In this document: positions 36,363-42,119 of the stretch, in pieces
How the letters are laid out: each line of letters opens with the position of its first letter
How positions within the stretch are numbered: the stretch's first letter is position 1
Source: Capsulimonadales bacterium
GTDB lineage: Bacteria; Armatimonadota; Armatimonadia; Armatimonadales; Armatimonadaceae
Direction of reading: 5' to 3'
Length of the DNA: 42,119 bases
Assembly: GCA_033762295.1 (NCBI GenBank)
Contig: JANRLW010000102.1
Span: forward strand, 1 to 42,119
The notes under the pieces: model-generated
What the model was told of the DNA's origin: nothing
The model's database searches: none
Seen by the model: only the letters and a program-made list of their open reading frames with translations
Translations under genes and position numbers: made by a program

Positions 36363-37025
36363 ATGTCGGAACGTTTGTGGACTCCTGACCGGGGGAATTC
36401 GGGACTGCTGGTGCTTCCCGCTCCCCGACCGCTCCTCGCGGTGGTCGGAACACGCGTTCTGACCGTCGCGCCCGGCGCGCCGGACGGAGTGACGGCGATC
36501 CTGAACGGTATTCGACGGACCGGCGGTTGGATCGGTCCGCTGACGGAGGCAGGCTCCGAACCCGAGTGGCACAGTCGCCCGGGAAGGGGCCGGGAGAACG
36601 TACCAGGGAACACGGGGAGGTTTAGACAGGTGACGCTTCCGGGATTAGTTATCGTTAGCAATGCGCGTCAAAAAGAGCCGACCCGCATCGTGGGTCATCC
36701 GGATCTGGCGTCCGGTGCCAGCGTACAGCGCGGAAATACACTGTACGTCTCGGTGACCGAGGCCATCTACCGGGAATCACGAGGCGAACCGGTCGATATT
36801 CGTCTTCACCCGACGGAGGACGACAGAGAAGCGCTGGCAGACCTGCGCGCCAGAGCGAGGCATCGCTGGGAGAATGATCGTCTCCCCGACGGCTGGACAC
36901 GCCCCCTGCCGCCGCAATCCGAGCCGCCGCTCGTCGCCTCCAAGGAACGATTCGCCGATACCATGCCGGACGATCTTCGGGAACTGGCCGAACGTATCCG
37001 GGCCAAAACCGAGGAGACGCGCTAG
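36363..37025 (+). CDS. hypothetical protein
   Basis: 220-aa ORF with GAGG RBS filling the intergenic space; no recognised motif. Confidence 0.6.
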   Translation: MSERLWTPDRGNSGLLVLPAPRPLLAVVGTRVLTVAPGAPDGVTAILNGIRRTGGWIGPLTEAGSEPEWHSRPGRGRENVPGNTGRFRQVTLPGLVIVSNARQKEPTRIVGHPDLASGASVQRGNTLYVSVTEAIYRESRGEPVDIRLHPTEDDREALADLRARARHRWENDRLPDGWTRPLPPQSEPPLVASKERFADTMPDDLRELAERIRAKTEETR

Positions 37026-37175
37026 ACCGCTCCGTCCGTACCGCAGATCGCCGGAATGACCGCGTTCGCCGCAAAGTCACCGGGGGGAGGCAATGCCTCC
37101 CCCGGCGACGCGGGCGACATTGGCCCGACATTGAGCCTTCTTTCACAAACCTCGCCTTCGCGGTAGAATGACGCC

Positions 37176-37655
37176 ATGAGCAGCGACCCGATGCCCGACT
37201 GGACGGCGATCGTCGCCGACCGAAAGATCAAGGAGGCGATGGACGCCGGCGAATTCGAGAACCTCGAAGGCAAAGGCCAACCCCTCAACCTCGACGAAAA
37301 CCCGTTCGAAACCGCCGGCCAGCGGGTGATCAACCGTATCCTGAAACAGGCCGGCGCATTGCCTGAATGGGCCATGCTCGCCCAGGAGATCCACCGCGAA
37401 CTCGACGCCCTCCCCGTCAGCCGTGAACGCGGACTGCGAGCCGTCCGCCTGGCAAAAAATGAGGTCTCCCGCGAACGCGCCGCCGAACGCCTGCGCCAGG
37501 CACACCGGGAACGCGTCGGAACCATCAACTCGCTGATCCTCAAATACAACTACTCCGTTCCCGCCGCCGCTCAACGTCCGTTCAAATCGCTCAAACTGGC
37601 GGCCGAAATGGAAAGTCTCGAATCCGACATCGCCGGTGCGGTCGGCACCGGGTAA
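37176..37655 (+). CDS. DUF1992 (DnaJC28-like) domain protein
   Basis: [26 protein letters not shown]...[12 protein letters not shown]. Confidence 0.88.
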   Translation: MSSDPMPDWTAIVADRKIKEAMDAGEFENLEGKGQPLNLDENPFETAGQRVINRILKQAGALPEWAMLAQEIHRELDALPVSRERGLRAVRLAKNEVSRERAAERLRQAHRERVGTINSLILKYNYSVPAAAQRPFKSLKLAAEMESLESDIAGAVGTG

Positions 37656-37689
37656 CCTCCGCCGGGCCAACCCGTGCTATAATCGACCC

Positions 37690-38730
37690 GTGATCGATCT
37701 TTCCTCCGATACCGCCACCCGGCCAACCGACGACATGCGCCGATTCATGGCCGCCGCACCCGTCGGCGATGACCAGCGGGGCGAAGACCCGACCGTCAAC
37801 GAACTGCAAAACACCGCCGCCACTCTCCTTGGCAAGGAAGCCGCCCTGTTTCTTCCCTCGGCGACGATGGCGAATCAGATCGCCATCCGCACTCTCACCG
37901 AACCCGGCGATGAGGTGATCTGCCACGAAACCGCGCACATCCGTCTCTACGAAGGGGGCGGTCCCGCCCTGCTTTCCGGATGCCTCCTCGCCCCGCTGCC
38001 GGGAGAACGCGGCGGATTCACTCCCGATCAGGTCCGGGAAACCCTCCGACCGAGTGGACCGCATTTCGCCCGGACCCGCCTCGTCTGCGTCGAAAATACC
38101 CATAACTATTCCGGAGGCTGCGTTCGCTCTCCGGCGGAAATCGACGCCCTCGCCGCCGTTACGCGGGAACACGGATTGGCGTTCCACCTCGACGGCGCAC
38201 GGCTCTTGAACGCCGCCACGGCTCTGCGACGACCGCCCGCCGAACTCGTCGACCCGTTCGATACGGTCACCCTCTGCCTGTCCAAGGGCCTCGGGGCACC
38301 GGTCGGCGCTCTGCTCCTCGGAAGCCGGGAAATCATCGACCGGGCGCGACGCTGGAAACACGTCTTCGGCGGCGCGATGCGGCAGGCGGGCATCATCGCC
38401 GCCGGCGGACTGTACGCCCTGTGCCACCATGTCGACCGACTCGCCGAGGACCATGACAACGCCCGACGGCTCGCCGACGGACTGGCCACCATTCCGGGTG
38501 TGCGGCTCGATCCCTACCCGGAAACCAACATCGTCTATTTCGATATACGGGACACCGGACTGACCGGCGAGGAGGCGCGAGGACGCCTGGAAGCCGCCGG
38601 AGTACGCGCCTCCGGAATCGCGCACTATCGCCTTCGCTTCGTCACCCATCTCGATGTCACCCAGGACGAAATTCATCAGGCGATCGCGATCGCACAAACC
38701 GTTCTCCGCGCCCGTCCCGTGGTATCCTGA
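37690..38730 (+). CDS. ltaE: low-specificity L-threonine aldolase (PLP)
   Basis: [62 protein letters not shown]. Confidence 0.93.
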   Translation: MIDLSSDTATRPTDDMRRFMAAAPVGDDQRGEDPTVNELQNTAATLLGKEAALFLPSATMANQIAIRTLTEPGDEVICHETAHIRLYEGGGPALLSGCLLAPLPGERGGFTPDQVRETLRPSGPHFARTRLVCVENTHNYSGGCVRSPAEIDALAAVTREHGLAFHLDGARLLNAATALRRPPAELVDPFDTVTLCLSKGLGAPVGALLLGSREIIDRARRWKHVFGGAMRQAGIIAAGGLYALCHHVDRLAEDHDNARRLADGLATIPGVRLDPYPETNIVYFDIRDTGLTGEEARGRLEAAGVRASGIAHYRLRFVTHLDVTQDEIHQAIAIAQTVLRARPVVS

Positions 38731-38786
38731 TTATCCGGAACCCCTATCATCTCGGACTTTTCGGTTCCCCGGAGGAATCATCGGTC

Positions 38787-39818
38787 ATGACGCCGCGCAA
38801 ACGTCTGCTGTCGGGTATGCAGCCCTCGGGCAACGGTCGCCTGCACCTGGGTAACTATGAAGGCGCTCTCAAGCCCTGGATTCAGTTGCAGGATCAGTAC
38901 GAGATGTACTGCTTCATCGCCGACTGGCATTCACTGACAACTCTGGCCGGGTCCGAAGCCTCCCTCAAAGAACAGAGCCGACAGGTCGCCCTCGATTACC
39001 TCTCCGCAGGACTCGACCCCGAAAAGTGCGCCATCTTCCGCCAGTCGGACGTTATCCAGCACGCCGAACTGGCGATTTTGCTCGGAATGCTCACCCCGGT
39101 CTCCTGGCTCGAACGAGTCCCCACCTACAAGGAGAAACGTGAAGCCCTGGCCGATTACGAAGGCGGGGGCGAGGCGGGCGCGGCCTACGGTCTTCTCGGC
39201 TACCCCGTTCTCCAGGCGGCCGACATTCTGATCTACCGGGCGCACGCCGTACCCGTCGGCAAGGACCAGGCCGCCCACCTCGAACTCACCCGTGAAATCG
39301 CTCGCCGGTTCAACAACCTGTACAAAACCGACCTGTTCCCCGAACCACAGGCGGTCATCAGCGAGGCGACCGGTGTCCTTCCCGGACTGGACGCCGACAG
39401 CGACGGCAAACTTCGCAAGATGAGTAAGTCCTACGGCAACGCCATCTACCTGAGCGACAGCCCGGAACAGGTCGCGGATCGGCTGAAGAGCGCCTTCACC
39501 ACCCCGACGAAAATCCGCAAAACGGACGCCGGAATCCCCGAAGGCTGCGCCGTCTGCCAGTTGCGAAAACTCTACGACCCGACCGGCTACCCTGTCCAGT
39601 GGGAGGAATGCCGATCCGGCGCGCGCGGCTGCATGCAGAGCAAGAAGGAGACGGCGGAGATCGTCAACGCCATGCTCGAGCCGATCCGACGGCGGCGCGC
39701 CGAACTGGAAAACGATCTCGGGGAACTCGACCGTCTCCTCGCGCAGGGAGCCGAGAAGGCCCGCGCCACCGCCGAGGAGACCATGCGCCTCGTCCGTGAG
39801 ACGATGCACATCGCCTGA
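38787..39818 (+). CDS. trpS: tryptophan--tRNA ligase
   Basis: SGMQPSG..LHLGNY, GYPVLQAADIL, VPVGKDQ..HLELTR, KMSKS; GGAGG RBS. Confidence 0.97.
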   Translation: MTPRKRLLSGMQPSGNGRLHLGNYEGALKPWIQLQDQYEMYCFIADWHSLTTLAGSEASLKEQSRQVALDYLSAGLDPEKCAIFRQSDVIQHAELAILLGMLTPVSWLERVPTYKEKREALADYEGGGEAGAAYGLLGYPVLQAADILIYRAHAVPVGKDQAAHLELTREIARRFNNLYKTDLFPEPQAVISEATGVLPGLDADSDGKLRKMSKSYGNAIYLSDSPEQVADRLKSAFTTPTKIRKTDAGIPEGCAVCQLRKLYDPTGYPVQWEECRSGARGCMQSKKETAEIVNAMLEPIRRRRAELENDLGELDRLLAQGAEKARATAEETMRLVRETMHIA

Positions 39819-39918
39819 AAAGCCGGGGCTTTCCGAATCTCGTCGCCCGGACACAGTCCTTCGAAAGCGGGGGCGTGGTCAACACCCCCCGAATCCGATC
39901 CGCAAGGAGAAGTGTTCC

Positions 39919-40425
39919 ATGGTGGACGTCTATTGGGAAGCTCTCGACCTCGCTTACTACGAAGTCAATTTCGCCTTTGAAGGACTTTCGGACGAAAACG
40001 TCCGGAAACGTCCGACGCCGGACCTGTTATCGATCGGCGAACTGGCCGGGCACATCGCCTACTGGGAGGCCGTCCGGTTGGCGGGTGACCCGGATGGAGT
40101 ACAACCGGACCCCGCGCGATGCCGGGTCAAAAGCCCCCTGATCGATCGACGGTTCGCCTACTATCCGCAGACCCTTTCGCAGCCACCATCGGATACGCTA
40201 CGGACGATGACCGCCGAACAGGTCCGAGCGGAACTTCTGCGCGTTCATGAGGAGTCCGTTCGAGATTTCCGCGAGCGCAATCCCGACCTCGATGCCATTG
40301 CCCCCGGCTCCTCGAACTTCACCTTTCGAGATTATCTGAAGTACGCGCATTTCCATGTCGCCTACCACACCGGTCAGATGTATACCGTCCGGCATCTCCT
40401 CGGCGACCAAACCACCGACAACTAA
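39919..40425 (+). CDS. DinB/DUF664-like four-helix metal-binding protein
   Basis: SIGELAGHIAYWE and C-terminal HVAYHTGQ; AAGGAG RBS. Confidence 0.82.
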   Translation: MVDVYWEALDLAYYEVNFAFEGLSDENVRKRPTPDLLSIGELAGHIAYWEAVRLAGDPDGVQPDPARCRVKSPLIDRRFAYYPQTLSQPPSDTLRTMTAEQVRAELLRVHEESVRDFRERNPDLDAIAPGSSNFTFRDYLKYAHFHVAYHTGQMYTVRHLLGDQTTDN

Positions 40426-40456
40426 AAAACCGGGCTGGCGATCGCCAGCCCGGTTT
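40424..40456. terminator. bidirectional terminator between dinB-like gene and nrdJ
   Basis: Perfect 30-bp palindrome AAACCGGGCTGGCGA|TCGCCAGCCCGGTTT (40427-40456), with an A-run on the left and a T-run on the right. Confidence 0.8.
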
Positions 40457-40489
40457 CCCGCATTCCGTCGACGGATCTCCGTCCGATCT

Positions 40490-42119
40490 TTACGAGCAGC
40501 CGAGGCTGGTGCCGCAGTTCGGACAACGGTAACACGCTCCGTTGCGGATCGTGATCGTCCCGCAGACCGTGCACGGCGGCGCATCCGCCTGCGTCACGAA
40601 GACCTGCTTCTCCGCCGCCTGGGTCGGACTCGACACCCGCGCCGGAACGCCCGGATCGCCCCGGTGGCTCGGTTTCGTCACCGACCCCTCAACCGATGCC
40701 GTCGCTTCGCCCATCGCGCCGTTGTCATAGCCGTCCTGCTCGTCGGCCAGCAGACCGACGTTCGAACGAGCATCCCGGTCCAGGAACCGCAGAGCGATAT
40801 ACCGGAAAAGGTAGTCCATGATCGATTTCGCCATCGGTATGTCCGGATTGCCCGTGAATCCCGACGGTTCGAACCGGGTGTGCATGAACTTCTCCACCAG
40901 TGTGCGCAGCGGGACCCCGTACTGCAGGGCCAGAGAGATCGAGGTCGCGAACGAGTCCATCAGGCCCGATACCACCGAACCCTCCTTGCTCATCGTGATG
41001 AAGATCTCGCCCGGATCCCCGTCCGGGTACAACCCGACCGTCAGGTAACCCTCATGCCCGCCGACGCTGAACTTATGGGTCAGCGACTGACGCTCATCCG
41101 GGAGTTTCCGGCGCATCGGACGGTACTCTTCCTTCTTCTCCTTCTCGTCCGCCTTGCCCGTCGACAACGGCTGCGTCTTCTTGGAACCGTCCCGGTAGAT
41201 CGCCAGCGCCTTGACCCCCAGCTTCCAGGCCTGCATATACGCCTCGGCGATATCGTCCGGCGTCGCATCGTGCGGCATATTGACCGTCTTCGAAATCGCT
41301 CCCGAAATGAACGGCTGGACCGCTGACATCATCTTGATATGCCCCAGATAGTGGATGCTGCGCTGGCCGTTCTTCGCCCGGAAGGCGCAATCGAAGATCG
41401 CCAGATGCTCATCCAGCAGGTACGGTGCACCCTCGATCGTGTCGTTCAGTTCGATATACTCCAGGATCGCCTTCCGCTCGGTCGCCGAGTACCCGAGTCG
41501 TTCCAGCGCCTCCGGAACCGTCTGGTTCACGATCTTGAAGAACCCGCCGCCGACCAGCGACTTGTACTTGACAATCGCGATGTCCGGCTCGACTCCCGTC
41601 GTATCGCAATCCATCAGGAAGCCGATGGTGCCGGTCGGTGCCAGTACACTGATCTGCGCGTTCCGGTAACCGACCGTATTCCCCTTCTCGATCGCGTGGT
41701 TCCACGACTCACGGGCCGCCGCGATCATCTCCTCCGGAACATGCTGGTGGTTGATCGCCTCAACATGGTCCCGATGCATCCGCATGACCCGCTGCATAGG
41801 CTGCTTGTTACGCTCGTACCCGGCGAACGGACCGACCCGCTCCGCGATCCGTGCCGACTGGTAATAGCCTTCGCCCGACAGAATCGCCGTGATCGCCGCC
41901 GCGTAGGCGCGCCCCTCGTCGCTGTCGTACGGCAGACTGCGCGACATCAGCAACGCGCCCAGGTTCGCATAACCCAGCCCCAGCGGACGGTAATCGAACG
42001 AGTTGATCGTGATCTTGTCCGTCGGATAGGCCGCGAACCCGACCATGATCTCCATCGCGGTGACCGTCACCCGCACCGCATGGCGGAACGTATCGATGTC
42101 GAAATCCCGTGCCGGCGTC
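40490..42119 (-). CDS. nrdJ: class II (adenosylcobalamin-dependent) ribonucleotide reductase, C-terminal part (5' end outside the window)
   Basis: RPLGLGYANLG, APTGTIGFLMDCDTTGVEP, ISGAISKTVNMP, IYRDGSK, TSCPD-like domain, terminal CTVC...CYRCPNCGTSLGCS. Confidence 0.95.
   Translation of the reverse strand, partial: TPARDFDIDTFRHAVRVTVTAMEIMVGFAAYPTDKITINSFDYRPLGLGYANLGALLMSRSLPYDSDEGRAYAAAITAILSGEGYYQSARIAERVGPFAGYERNKQPMQRVMRMHRDHVEAINHQHVPEEMIAAARESWNHAIEKGNTVGYRNAQISVLAPTGTIGFLMDCDTTGVEPDIAIVKYKSLVGGGFFKIVNQTVPEALERLGYSATERKAILEYIELNDTIEGAPYLLDEHLAIFDCAFRAKNGQRSIHYLGHIKMMSAVQPFISGAISKTVNMPHDATPDDIAEAYMQAWKLGVKALAIYRDGSKKTQPLSTGKADEKEKKEEYRPMRRKLPDERQSLTHKFSVGGHEGYLTVGLYPDGDPGEIFITMSKEGSVVSGLMDSFATSISLALQYGVPLRTLVEKFMHTRFEPSGFTGNPDIPMAKSIMDYLFRYIALRFLDRDARSNVGLLADEQDGYDNGAMGEATASVEGSVTKPSHRGDPGVPARVSSPTQAAEKQVFVTQADAPPCTVCGTITIRNGACYRCPNCGTSLGCS

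Noticed and set aside
40490..42119. Intein in nrdJ (also checked recJ)
   Set aside because: The visible parts are colinear with the normal enzymes and contain no Hint motifs.
1..42119. Many long antisense or overlapping ORFs (e.g. 6417-8111, 18214-19611, 19936-21480, 28302-29561)
   Set aside because: These are shadow ORFs expected in high-GC DNA opposite well-supported genes; they are Arg/Pro-rich and have no motifs.

Overview
GC-rich bacterial chromosome segment; the gene styles suggest Armatimonadota, but this cannot be verified from the sequence alone. Most of it is housekeeping and catabolic genes: sugar isomerase, pcp, M24/M29/M28 peptidases, aroQ, GH4 and GH29 glycosidases, lysS, recJ, secDF, a 4-gene ABC exporter, ltaE, trpS and a partial class II RNR nrdJ. 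There are two tRNA genes, and both appear to be integration points. tRNA-Gln(CTG) at the left edge abuts the tail of a probable large serine recombinase, with a symmetric att-like site at the junction. tRNA-Thr(CGT) is followed by a decayed island with three parts. The first is a compact signal/TM-anchored Hint-domain polymorphic toxin with an AT-rich ParB/Srx-fold tip and an adjacent candidate immunity gene. The second is a truncated, frameshifted tyrosine integrase. The third is a minimal arsR-metallophosphoesterase-aquaporin operon without arsC/acr3. Other points of interest: several apparently leaderless genes, tandem DosR/NarL-like boxes upstream of an orphan gene, a rearranged Cys motif in TrpRS and an orphan GlmL-like ATPase. 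All family calls come from motif recognition by eye; no database searches were run.
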